Source: Gammaproteobacteria bacterium (GTDB lineage: Bacteria > Pseudomonadota > Gammaproteobacteria > Eutrophobiales > Eutrophobiaceae). From it: DNA of 64,000 nucleotides. Shown one piece after another: positions 49,183 through 57,814 of the stretch (positions are counted from its first letter, which is position 1; the number at the start of each line of letters is the position of its first letter). Below the pieces are notes generated by a model. That model was not told where the DNA came from, ran no database searches, and saw only the letters and a program-made list of their open reading frames with translations. Both the position numbers and the translations under genes were made by a program. The stretch is taken from contig OZ220696.1 in the NCBI GenBank assembly GCA_965116495.1, forward strand, positions 1,248,001-1,312,000, written 5' to 3'.

Positions 49183-49215
49183 ATATAGCATGTGCTAATA
49201 TAGCATACGTTATAA
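49183..49215. promoter_or_regulatory. two overlapping operator copies (ATATAGCATGTGCTAATA 49183-49200; ATATAGCATACGTTATAA 49198-49215)
   Basis: Both retain ATATAGCAT; located in a divergent intergenic region. Confidence 0.75.
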
Positions 49216-49253
49216 TATAATAGAGCGCACTTTCATTCATCCATTACCGGTAT

Positions 49254-49862
49254 ATGTCGTCAATCGCATCTGACACACGGTTAAGTCAACCAGAGGGGGG
49301 AATTTACCGCACTCCGGGCGAAATCGGAATCTGGGTGTTCATCTTTGGCGATTTACTGGTTTTTTCACTATTTTTCGCCGTATTTCTGTTTTACAGGCGT
49401 GTTGACGTTGAGTTGTTCAACGCTTCCCAGGCGCAGCTCAACCAGGTATTTGGCCTGATCAATACGGTTCTGCTTTTGAGCAGTTCCTGGCTGGTGGCAA
49501 CCGCAGTGCATAGCGCCCGCTCAGGAGTCGAAAAAACGCCTCCGGTCATGTTCCTGATGGCGCTTGGATGCGGCGTGGTTTTTATCATTAACAAGGTCTT
49601 TGAGTACGGTGAAAAAATACAGGCGGGCATTACTGTCAATACCAACGATTTTTTTATGTATTTCTTTATTTTCACCGGTGTCCATGCCTTTCACGTGCTG
49701 ATCGGAATCGGAGTACTGGCCTATCTGGCCAACTATAGCTGGTCACGACGCGGCTCGATGTCAACATCGGACCTGCAGAATCTTGAGAGCGGCGGCATTT
49801 TCTGGCACCTGGTTGACCTGCTGTGGATTATCCTGTTTGCCTTGCTGTACCTGGTGAATTGA
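49254..49862 (+). CDS. heme-copper oxidase subunit III-like (NorE-like) membrane protein
   Basis: GIWVFIFGD, INTVLLLSSS, FTGVHAFHV, FWHLVDLLW. Confidence 0.88.
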   Translation: MSSIASDTRLSQPEGGIYRTPGEIGIWVFIFGDLLVFSLFFAVFLFYRRVDVELFNASQAQLNQVFGLINTVLLLSSSWLVATAVHSARSGVEKTPPVMFLMALGCGVVFIINKVFEYGEKIQAGITVNTNDFFMYFFIFTGVHAFHVLIGIGVLAYLANYSWSRRGSMSTSDLQNLESGGIFWHLVDLLWIILFALLYLVN

Positions 49863-49866
49863 CACC

Positions 49867-50139
49867 ATGAGAACACTGATCGCAACTCGAATTTCCTTAA
49901 TTCTTGCCCTGCTTGTCGGCGCCACATTGCTGTCCTGGTTTCTGGATCAGGGACAGGGGTCGAGTAGTTCTCAATACGCCAGTATTGCTATCCTTATCAT
50001 TGCTTTTGTCAAAGTCCGCTTCGTGATTACAGAATTCATGGAGGCCAGGATCGCGCCATTACCCCTCAAATTACTGGCCGACGGCTGGTGCGTGTCAGTT
50101 TGCACCCTGTTAATCGCACTGTTACTCATTGCAGCCTGA
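49867..50139 (+). CDS. cytochrome c oxidase subunit IV-like small membrane protein
   Basis: Three TM segments; IAFVKVRFVITEFMEAR. Confidence 0.8.
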   Translation: MRTLIATRISLILALLVGATLLSWFLDQGQGSSSSQYASIAILIIAFVKVRFVITEFMEARIAPLPLKLLADGWCVSVCTLLIALLLIAA

Positions 50140-50176
50140 CCCTTGATTTCTACCGAAAAACCCTCAACGGAGGCCA

Positions 50177-50971
50177 ATGGCAACAACCGGCGTACTAGAC
50201 ATCAAAACCAATACAAAGGGTATCCGGACGATCACCATGAACCGTCCCGAGGTGCACAACGCTTTCGACGATAACCAGGTACAGCGCCTGATCCAGGCTT
50301 TTGAGAATGCTGCAACGGATAATAATGTTCGGGTAGTTGTGCTGGCCGGCGCCGGCAAGAGCTTTTCTGCAGGAGGCGATATCGACTATATGCGCCGCAT
50401 GGGAGAAAACAGTTACGAGCAAAACCTCGCAGACGGCGGTCAGCTGGCGCAACTGATGAAGTCCCTGAATAACCTGCCTAAGCCTACCATTGCCCGGGTT
50501 CAGGGCGCAACCATGGGCGGCGGTGTCGGCCTGGTGTGCTGCTGCGACTACGCGATCGGCTCCCCTCGCGCCAGGTTTGCAACCAGTGAGGTAAAACTGG
50601 GTGTTCTTCCCGCTACTATTGCTCCCTACGTGGTTGCCACGATTGGCGAGAAGGCCGCGCGGCGTATGTTCATGAGCGGGCAGCCCGTGTCGGACGAGCA
50701 AGCCGTGGCCCTGGGCATCTTGAGCGACGTGGTTCCTGAAGAGAAACTGGACAGGGCCGTGGAGGCGCTGGCGGATACCCTGGTGAAAAACGGTCCCGAT
50801 GCCGTGCGCCTGGCCAAGCAACTGACCTTTGATGTGTCCCACCGCCCGGTTTCCGAAGAGCTGATCGCCGCTACCGTGCGGCTGATTGCCGATGTACGTG
50901 ATTCCGATGAGGGTCGGGAGGGTCTCAATGCCTTCCTGCAAAAACGCCCACCCAACTGGACTGAAGAGTAA
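50177..50971 (+). CDS. crotonase, methylglutaconyl-/isohexenylglutaconyl-CoA hydratase-like (LiuC/AtuE)
   Basis: NRPEVHNAF, GGGVGLVCCCD, SEVKLG, PATIAPYV, EGREGLNAFLQKRPPNW. Confidence 0.88.
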   Translation: MATTGVLDIKTNTKGIRTITMNRPEVHNAFDDNQVQRLIQAFENAATDNNVRVVVLAGAGKSFSAGGDIDYMRRMGENSYEQNLADGGQLAQLMKSLNNLPKPTIARVQGATMGGGVGLVCCCDYAIGSPRARFATSEVKLGVLPATIAPYVVATIGEKAARRMFMSGQPVSDEQAVALGILSDVVPEEKLDRAVEALADTLVKNGPDAVRLAKQLTFDVSHRPVSEELIAATVRLIADVRDSDEGREGLNAFLQKRPPNWTEE

Positions 50972-50974
50972 ACC

Positions 50975-52345
50975 ATGACTAACAACAGGATTGTCCGCGT
51001 AGCCAACGCCCAGGGCTTCTGGGGAGACAGCTTGCTGGGTCCGATCCGCCTGGTGGAAGAAGGCCCGGTTGACTATCTCACCTTCGACTACCTGGCCGAG
51101 ATCACTATGAGCATCATGCAAAAGCAAAAGATGCGCAAACCTGAAACCGGTTACGCCCTGGACTTCATCCTCATGCTCCAGAAAATTCTGCCCGCCTGTA
51201 AGGAAAAAGGCATCAAAATCATAGCAAACGCCGGCGGTGTCAACCCGAAGGCCTGTCTGGCAGCCAGCAAAAAGGTTTTTGAAGACCTGGGCATTACAGG
51301 CATGAAAATAGCGATAGTTGAAGGCGATGACATTATGGATCGCCTTGATGAGATTACGGCCGGCAATGAGAATCTGCAGAACATGGAAACTGGCGAGGAT
51401 ATCTCGACCATCCGTGACAAAATCACCAGCGCCAACGTCTACATCGGTGCCGGACCGATTGTTGAAGCACTGCAGGCCGGTGCGGATATTGTGATTACCG
51501 GTCGCGCCAGTGACCCCTCCGTGGTGGTGGCCCCCCTGGTATACGAATTCGGCTGGTCCATGGAAGATTACGATAAAATTGCCTCTGCCACGGTCATGGG
51601 TCACATTGTCGAGTGTGGACCTCAATGTACCGGCGGTAATTACGCGGGCTGGCGTCAGGTTAAAGACTTTGCCCGCATCGGTTATCCTGTCGCCGAAGCC
51701 AGTGCGGACGGCAGCTTCGTGATTACCAAGCATGACAACACCGGTGGCCTTGTAACTGTGGAAACCGTCACCTCGCAGATACTCTACGAACTGGGTGATC
51801 CAAAAAATTATCTGGGGCCTGACTGTGTTGCCGATTTCACCACGATCAATATCAGCCAGCAGGGTGAAAACCGTGTTGCCTTCTCCGGTATCAGGGGCGG
51901 TCCGGCCACACCAACCTACAAGGTGTCTGTTTCTTACTCCAAAGGTTACAAAATCCTCGGCACCCTTTGCATTGCGGGACCCGATGCAGTGGAAAAAGCC
52001 AATATCATTGCCGATATGATATTCCAGCGTATGGAAATGTACGGCTATTGCATTCCCGAGGAGGATCGCTTCGTCGAATTGTTTGGCACGAACGTATTAT
52101 ATAAAGGAATGGTTGAAAACAATGACCAGCCTCTTGAGCTGTTGTTACGTATTGGCGCAAAAGGCGATGACCCCAAGGCGCTCAATACGCTGGGTACGGA
52201 AATCGCACCGGCTGTCATATCTGGTCCTCCCGGTGTGACCGGCATAGCGGCCGGCCGTTCCAGGGCCACCGAAGTGATAGGGTACTGGCCGGCATTGATC
52301 GACAAGTCCCTCATCAATACCAGCTTTGTAGTTGAGGAAGTTTAA
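50975..52345 (+). CDS. AtuA/DUF1446 family protein (N-terminal part)
   Basis: QGFWGD, DYLAEITM, ANAGGVNP, SANVYIGA, ITGR, GHIVECG. Confidence 0.9.
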   Translation: MTNNRIVRVANAQGFWGDSLLGPIRLVEEGPVDYLTFDYLAEITMSIMQKQKMRKPETGYALDFILMLQKILPACKEKGIKIIANAGGVNPKACLAASKKVFEDLGITGMKIAIVEGDDIMDRLDEITAGNENLQNMETGEDISTIRDKITSANVYIGAGPIVEALQAGADIVITGRASDPSVVVAPLVYEFGWSMEDYDKIASATVMGHIVECGPQCTGGNYAGWRQVKDFARIGYPVAEASADGSFVITKHDNTGGLVTVETVTSQILYELGDPKNYLGPDCVADFTTINISQQGENRVAFSGIRGGPATPTYKVSVSYSKGYKILGTLCIAGPDAVEKANIIADMIFQRMEMYGYCIPEEDRFVELFGTNVLYKGMVENNDQPLELLLRIGAKGDDPKALNTLGTEIAPAVISGPPGVTGIAAGRSRATEVIGYWPALIDKSLINTSFVVEEV

Positions 52346-52346
52346 G

Positions 52347-52679
52347 ATGGCAAAAATACAACTGTTTGAAATCGCCGTTGCCCGTTCAGGTGACAAAGGT
52401 GACGCCAGTAATGTCGGCGTTATGGCAAAAACACCCGAACTTTACCAATTTCTGGAACAACAACTCACTGCCGCTGTAGTCAAGGATTTCTTCAGGGAAA
52501 TCTGTCATGGCGCTGTGACTCGCTACGAGCTTCCCAATCTTCAGTCGCTTAACTTTATCCTGGAAAATTCCCTGGGCGGCGGCGGCACGGAAACCCTGAT
52601 CACGGACGCCCAGGGCAAGGTGCACGGCCTGGGTTTACTGCACCTGGAACTGGAAGTGCCGGACGACCTCCTCAGTTAG
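52347..52679 (+). CDS. AtuA C-terminal-like small protein
   Basis: ARSGDKGD, RYELPNL, LGGGG, DAQGK. Confidence 0.88.
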   Translation: MAKIQLFEIAVARSGDKGDASNVGVMAKTPELYQFLEQQLTAAVVKDFFREICHGAVTRYELPNLQSLNFILENSLGGGGTETLITDAQGKVHGLGLLHLELEVPDDLLS

Positions 52680-52747
52680 GCAATTGATCTCTCCATCCAC
52701 ACCCATCAATTGCATCTGTGTTGGCGACTTGACAGGGGCCTGACAAG

Positions 52748-54052
52748 ATGGGCGGTAAACAGGGCGTAGCCGTCATTGGAGCAGGTATGGCAGGGTTGTC
52801 TGCCGCCTGGCATTTGCAGAACGCAGGATTTACAACAACCGTATTCGAAAAACATTCTGAGGTCGGCGGTAGGACCATTTCCATAAAAAAAGACGGCTAT
52901 ATCATGGATCCCGGCGCTATCACCCTGTCGCCTGCCTATAAAGAGACACTGCAACTCCTCCATGAAACTGGCGCCGGTGCAATGCGCGTTCATACCCAAC
53001 CGGTACTGGCAATCGCCAGAGACGAAATATTGCACTATATCGATCTGTCGAAAATTGTTTCATCCGGACTGAAGACAGGATTTTTATCGTTGGGAGCAAA
53101 GCTGAAACTTTTCAGAATACTGCCAACCTTGCTCCGCTACTGGTCAAAATGCGACTTCGAAGATATGGCACAGCTCGAGGTGTTGGATATAGAGAATTGT
53201 GAATCGTTCGCCATTCGGAAACTGGGCAAGGAAATACACGATTACCTGGTTGATCCTGTCATTCGCATGAATATGTTTAGTTCCACGAAAACGTCTTCCG
53301 CCGTTGATATCATCTGGCTGATGAAGATGTTCAGTGGTGCAGAGTTCGTGCAGATAAAAGGCGGGATGGGCGCCTTATCTGAAAACATTGCTGCTCAACT
53401 TGGCGACATTCGACTGAATGCCCCCGTTGAAAAAATTGAGATGATACATAACCAGGTCGTCCTGCAAATGGATGGTGAAGCCCACAAATTTGACGCCGCC
53501 GTCATCGCTATCCCCCCGGAACTGGCGCTGAATATCGCCCCATGGATGTCAGGCCGACAACGTAACTGGTTTGATAAGATAAAGGGCGTCCCCAGCTTGA
53601 CCGTCCATGTTGGCCTGAAGTCCCGGCCAGACTGTCCTGCATCCCTGGTAATGGTGCCCGGCATTGAAGCAAAAGACGTACTGGGCATTGTGCTTGAGCA
53701 TAACAAGTGTCCTGGTCGCGCACCTGAAGGCAAAGGCTTAATCGCTCTTCATATGACGGGAAAATGGGCTGAAACACAGCGGGATCTGGACGATTTGCAG
53801 GTGGCGCATAACGCACTTGATACCGTCAAGCCGTTTATGGGTGACCTTAAAGACCAGGTAGAGATGGTCAACCTACACAATTGGGAATACGTTGACCACG
53901 AGCGTTATGTCGGGGTGTACAAATCATTAAAAAAAGCCCGGCCTGAATTTATGGATGGGAGGGTGACTTTCGCCGGTGAATTCATTTCTGCCGGTATTGA
54001 AGGCGCGGTAATTTGCGGCAGGCGTTGTGCCGAGGCCCTGACGAGAGAATAG
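52748..54052 (+). CDS. FAD-dependent oxidoreductase, flavin amine oxidase / protoporphyrinogen-oxidase-like
   Basis: VIGAGMAGLSAA, EVGGR, DPGA, GGMGAL, FAGE...IEGAVICG. Confidence 0.85.
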   Translation: MGGKQGVAVIGAGMAGLSAAWHLQNAGFTTTVFEKHSEVGGRTISIKKDGYIMDPGAITLSPAYKETLQLLHETGAGAMRVHTQPVLAIARDEILHYIDLSKIVSSGLKTGFLSLGAKLKLFRILPTLLRYWSKCDFEDMAQLEVLDIENCESFAIRKLGKEIHDYLVDPVIRMNMFSSTKTSSAVDIIWLMKMFSGAEFVQIKGGMGALSENIAAQLGDIRLNAPVEKIEMIHNQVVLQMDGEAHKFDAAVIAIPPELALNIAPWMSGRQRNWFDKIKGVPSLTVHVGLKSRPDCPASLVMVPGIEAKDVLGIVLEHNKCPGRAPEGKGLIALHMTGKWAETQRDLDDLQVAHNALDTVKPFMGDLKDQVEMVNLHNWEYVDHERYVGVYKSLKKARPEFMDGRVTFAGEFISAGIEGAVICGRRCAEALTRE

Positions 54053-54064
54053 GCAACACCCATT

Positions 54065-55522
54065 ATGGAAAAACGAATTATGCATTACCTGAATTCAGTG
54101 GCTGATATCTTGCAGCGGGTTGCTGCATCAGGAGAACTCACCGGGGAACACGCTGAGGACTTGATGATTGCCCGACGTTTGCTTGACATCCTGAAAATCG
54201 AGACAGAAATCGCGCCGGAGGCCGCTACCAGGTATTTCGATGCAGTCGGTCGCCTGCTATCGGAAGGCAATCTGATTTTGCATGAAGGTGTAGATCACAT
54301 CGTTGAGCAACTGAAAGACCTGAGCGGTAACCAAGACATGCAACAACTTGATACCTTTGTGACTTTGGTAGCAAAGCTGCAGTCGGAGTTGAACAAGGGT
54401 AGCACAACAAAGACAGACGCTGTGAAACATTCCCTGATAAACGCCGACACCGGCTACGCCAAAGCGCTATTTACTGCTGGATTGACGTTACCGCAGGATT
54501 CAGGAGAAATCAGCAACACTCGCGCCTCAAATCAGAAAAACTATGATGAAGGCGCCTTGCTAGCTTTCATCCTGGATCGGTTTCCGGATAACGAGGGAGT
54601 TGAAATAGAACACAGTGGGTTCATATCAGGCGGGCATTCCAAACTCACTCTGAGAATTGAACTATCGGATGTAACGACACTACCCCGGCGAATTATTCTA
54701 CGCAGTGATGCCAGCGGCAGGTTCAGTGGGGCCAGTGTGGTAGATGAATACCGCTTACAAACTATTCTTTTTGATAAAAATGTGAATGTCCCCAAACCCC
54801 TCGCACTGGAAGAGTCCGGAACAGTTTTTGGCACACCTTTCATGCTTTCAGAGAGTGTAACCGGGGAATCAATCGGCCACATGTTCAAAATGCCGGCACA
54901 AGAGTCTACGGCTCTTGCTGACGTTGCAAGCAACCTGGCAACTATACATAAAATAGCGCCCGGGGAATTTGGCGAGTCAATCGATAATGCCCGGGGGAAA
55001 ACCAGCGATAAAGTCCTGTTCTGGCTCGGTCTGGCTGAGCGGGATTTTCGGGCCACCGATGTGAAATCCGCCACGTTTGAACTTGCGCTCCACTGGCTGA
55101 GAAAAAATGCAGGCCTGAGTGATCTAGCGCCAAGGACACTGGTACATGGTGACTACGGACTTAACAATATCTTGATAAAAAACAGTCAGGTCATGGCGAT
55201 CCTGGACTGGGAGTTTGCTCATATCGGCAACCCCGCCTATGACCTGGGTTACTTCTACTTCATGGCGCAGGCGCTGGGCTCCTGGGCGTTATTCCTCGAA
55301 GCTTACGAAAACACTGGTGCACCGCTGCCGGATGAAGACCAGCTTAACTACAATATTCTCCTGGCGGCTACCCGGGTGGGAGTACAATGCTGCCAGGTGC
55401 ATAGCGCCTTTAACGCCGGCCTGGTGAGTAGCCCGGAGGCAGCCCGGGTTGTCTCACACCAATATGTCAATGAATCAATTTTACGAATTTCGGAATTGAT
55501 GGAACGGATACATCACTCCTGA
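54065..55522 (+). CDS. APH-family phosphotransferase with N-terminal extension, paralog 3
   Basis: ISGGHSK, VHGDYGLNN, ILDWEFAHIGNPAYDL. Confidence 0.88.
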   Translation: MEKRIMHYLNSVADILQRVAASGELTGEHAEDLMIARRLLDILKIETEIAPEAATRYFDAVGRLLSEGNLILHEGVDHIVEQLKDLSGNQDMQQLDTFVTLVAKLQSELNKGSTTKTDAVKHSLINADTGYAKALFTAGLTLPQDSGEISNTRASNQKNYDEGALLAFILDRFPDNEGVEIEHSGFISGGHSKLTLRIELSDVTTLPRRIILRSDASGRFSGASVVDEYRLQTILFDKNVNVPKPLALEESGTVFGTPFMLSESVTGESIGHMFKMPAQESTALADVASNLATIHKIAPGEFGESIDNARGKTSDKVLFWLGLAERDFRATDVKSATFELALHWLRKNAGLSDLAPRTLVHGDYGLNNILIKNSQVMAILDWEFAHIGNPAYDLGYFYFMAQALGSWALFLEAYENTGAPLPDEDQLNYNILLAATRVGVQCCQVHSAFNAGLVSSPEAARVVSHQYVNESILRISELMERIHHS

Positions 55523-55570
55523 TTACACAAACCACAAAGCAATACGGGCATTTTCAAGGAGCATACATCG

Positions 55571-56554
55571 ATGGTAACTACAAATGACGACATGCCTCAT
55601 CCAGTCCCGCCAAGCGCCTATCTGCGCTACAAGGAGAACTGGTTGTTTCTGATCTTTGATAAAGAGAACGATATCTTTGGCGCCATACACGTTGGTAGCG
55701 AACCTATATTTGAGCGCATAAGCTTTGCCTGCAATTTAAGTATCCAGGGCAAGCTGTTCAAGCACGGGAGACAGATTCCTTTCCCTGATGACTTCGCATT
55801 TTCCAGTGAACTGGGAGATGGGTATTTGACTGTCCGGTTCATCAAGGCCCACGAACAAATTGACCTTTCGCTGCAAAATGACGACCTTGTTCTGGAAGTC
55901 AGTTTTTTAAAACGTGGACCCTTGTTCAATTTTGATGATTATGATTCGGCGAACCCGGATAAAGTGCTATTGAAAGAAGTCATGGGCATTGCCACCAATC
56001 AACAACATGTGCACCAGCAACAGGGTATGCAGGTGCGCGGAAAACTCTCGTTAAACACCAATGGAGCGGCAACCCGGGATTTTGACATTGATGCGCCCGG
56101 TTATCGCGACCATTCTCGCAGCATTCGCTCGGACAACCTGGTGCTCAGGCATATATGGACCGGTTTGCATTTTCCAAAACATATTATTGGTGTCATGACG
56201 GTAACCAGCTCGCTTCGGCCCAATCTGCCGACCCTCTGTGGCTATGTATTTGATGAACGGCAGGGACTGCGGGCACTTGGAGATATAGAGTTTGAAGGAA
56301 AGGGAGAGGGACCGGATAATCAACCGGCGAATGTTGAATTTCGTTTAACAGACATCTACGGCGAAACTTTTTCGCTGTCTGCGGATTTGCAAAATCGTTT
56401 TGCCAGTGTACCCCTGCAATCAGAAAAGCCGGGGCCGACACCGTTTGTCTATGGCATCGTCGAAAATTTCGCCCCTTTGAAGTTGCATGATACGGGTGAA
56501 GAAGGTATCGGCCTGGTTGAGATCGGAAAGAGGGTGCCTAAAGACCAGATATGA
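55571..56554 (+). CDS. uncharacterised GYRDHS-motif protein, paralog 3
   Basis: YKENW, HQQQG, GYRDHSRSIR, GIGLVE. Confidence 0.72.
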   Translation: MVTTNDDMPHPVPPSAYLRYKENWLFLIFDKENDIFGAIHVGSEPIFERISFACNLSIQGKLFKHGRQIPFPDDFAFSSELGDGYLTVRFIKAHEQIDLSLQNDDLVLEVSFLKRGPLFNFDDYDSANPDKVLLKEVMGIATNQQHVHQQQGMQVRGKLSLNTNGAATRDFDIDAPGYRDHSRSIRSDNLVLRHIWTGLHFPKHIIGVMTVTSSLRPNLPTLCGYVFDERQGLRALGDIEFEGKGEGPDNQPANVEFRLTDIYGETFSLSADLQNRFASVPLQSEKPGPTPFVYGIVENFAPLKLHDTGEEGIGLVEIGKRVPKDQI

Positions 56555-56628
56555 ATTCACCTGTCCGACATCCTGGTGAGAATTGAACATGCAACTCCCA
56601 TGATGTTTGCGGGTAACGAAGTGATAAG

Positions 56629-56704
<76 letters not shown>

Positions 56705-56811
56705 ATTGGACTGCGTATTTTCTGTGATCCTGTCGATAACTTCAATAACTTTAGCCTTATCCTGCGCATTGTTCTATATTGTTCCAAGGCAACTTTTTCA
56801 GGAGATCGGCA

Positions 56812-57753
56812 TTGACCACCGGTTTTGTATTTGACGAGGTATTCCTGTCGCACCGGACCGGCGCCGGGCATCCGGAGTGCGCGGAACGCCTCAGCGCAAC
56901 TATGGATCACCTCACTACCCTGCCTTTGTACGACAAGCTGAATTTCCTCGATGCGTTGCCGGCGCAACAGGAATTCATCGAAACCAGCCATTCCGCCGCC
57001 TACCTGGCCCGGGCCCGGCACACCTGCGTCGGCGGGAGCGCCTTTCTTGACAGTATGGACACTGCGGTGGGCAAAGAATCCTTCGACATCGCCCTCAAGG
57101 CGGCTGGTGCGTCCATCGCGCTGGCGGATGGCGTGATCGACGGAGAAATCAGCAACGGCTTCGCGCTGGTGCGCCCGCCCGGGCACCATGCCGAGCGTGA
57201 GCAGGCCATGGGGTTCTGCATCCTTAATAACGTGGCCATCCTGGCGCGCTACCTGCAGGCGCGCCACGGCCTGGACAAGGTCATGATCCTGGACTGGGAC
57301 GTTCACCACGGCAACGGCACGCAGCATACGTTCGAGGAAGACCCGTCGGTGCTGTTTGTCAGCACCCACCAGTACCCCTTTTACCCCGGCACCGGCGCCT
57401 GGTCGGAGACGGGTATCGGCAAAGGCAGCGGCGCCACCGTGAACTGCCCGATGCCGGCGGGGAGCGGTGATGAAAATTATGAAGCCGCCTTCATGGAAAA
57501 GATCCTGCCGGCAATAGACGAATTCAAGCCGGAATTCGTCATCATCTCCGCCGGGTTCGACGCCCACCGGGACGACCCCCTGGGCGACGTCAACCTCAGT
57601 ACCGGGTTCTACGGCTGGATGACATCCAGGGTGATGGAAGTGGCGGACAAACACGCCGGGGGCCGCATCGTCTCGGTGCTGGAAGGAGGCTATAACCTGG
57701 CGATGCTGCCGCTCTGTATCGAGGAGCACCTGAAAGTGCTTTCAACGGTGTAA
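56812..57753 (+). CDS. histone deacetylase family amidohydrolase
   Basis: HPECAERL, RPPGHHA, GFC, DWDVHHGNGTQ, SAGFDAH, LEGGY; TTG start after GGAG. Confidence 0.95.
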   Translation: MTTGFVFDEVFLSHRTGAGHPECAERLSATMDHLTTLPLYDKLNFLDALPAQQEFIETSHSAAYLARARHTCVGGSAFLDSMDTAVGKESFDIALKAAGASIALADGVIDGEISNGFALVRPPGHHAEREQAMGFCILNNVAILARYLQARHGLDKVMILDWDVHHGNGTQHTFEEDPSVLFVSTHQYPFYPGTGAWSETGIGKGSGATVNCPMPAGSGDENYEAAFMEKILPAIDEFKPEFVIISAGFDAHRDDPLGDVNLSTGFYGWMTSRVMEVADKHAGGRIVSVLEGGYNLAMLPLCIEEHLKVLSTV

Positions 57754-57760
57754 AGTACGA

Positions 57761-57785
57761 GGGGACGGATTTAAAATCCGTCCCC
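57761..57785. repeat. REP-like hairpin GGGGACGGATTTAAAATCCGTCCCC between convergent genes
   Basis: Inverted repeat with 12-bp arms; may also act as a bidirectional terminator. Confidence 0.6.
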
Positions 57786-57814
57786 ATATCTCCATTGCGT
57801 ACCCGGCGTCCCCT

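Noticed and set aside
49198-49215. Operator copies resemble the loxP core (TATAGCATACATTATA) and the EBV EBNA1 site (TAGCATATGCTA)
   Set aside because: No 13-bp lox arms and no recombinase in the window; strict placement at promoters fits a repressor operator, so the similarity is taken as coincidence.
50195-51733. 512-aa minus-strand ORF
   Set aside because: Antisense shadow of the well-supported crotonase and AtuA genes; no recognisable motifs.
1-56628. Integrase, transposase or att repeat for the putative island
   Set aside because: None recognised in the window, so no mobile_element feature is called.
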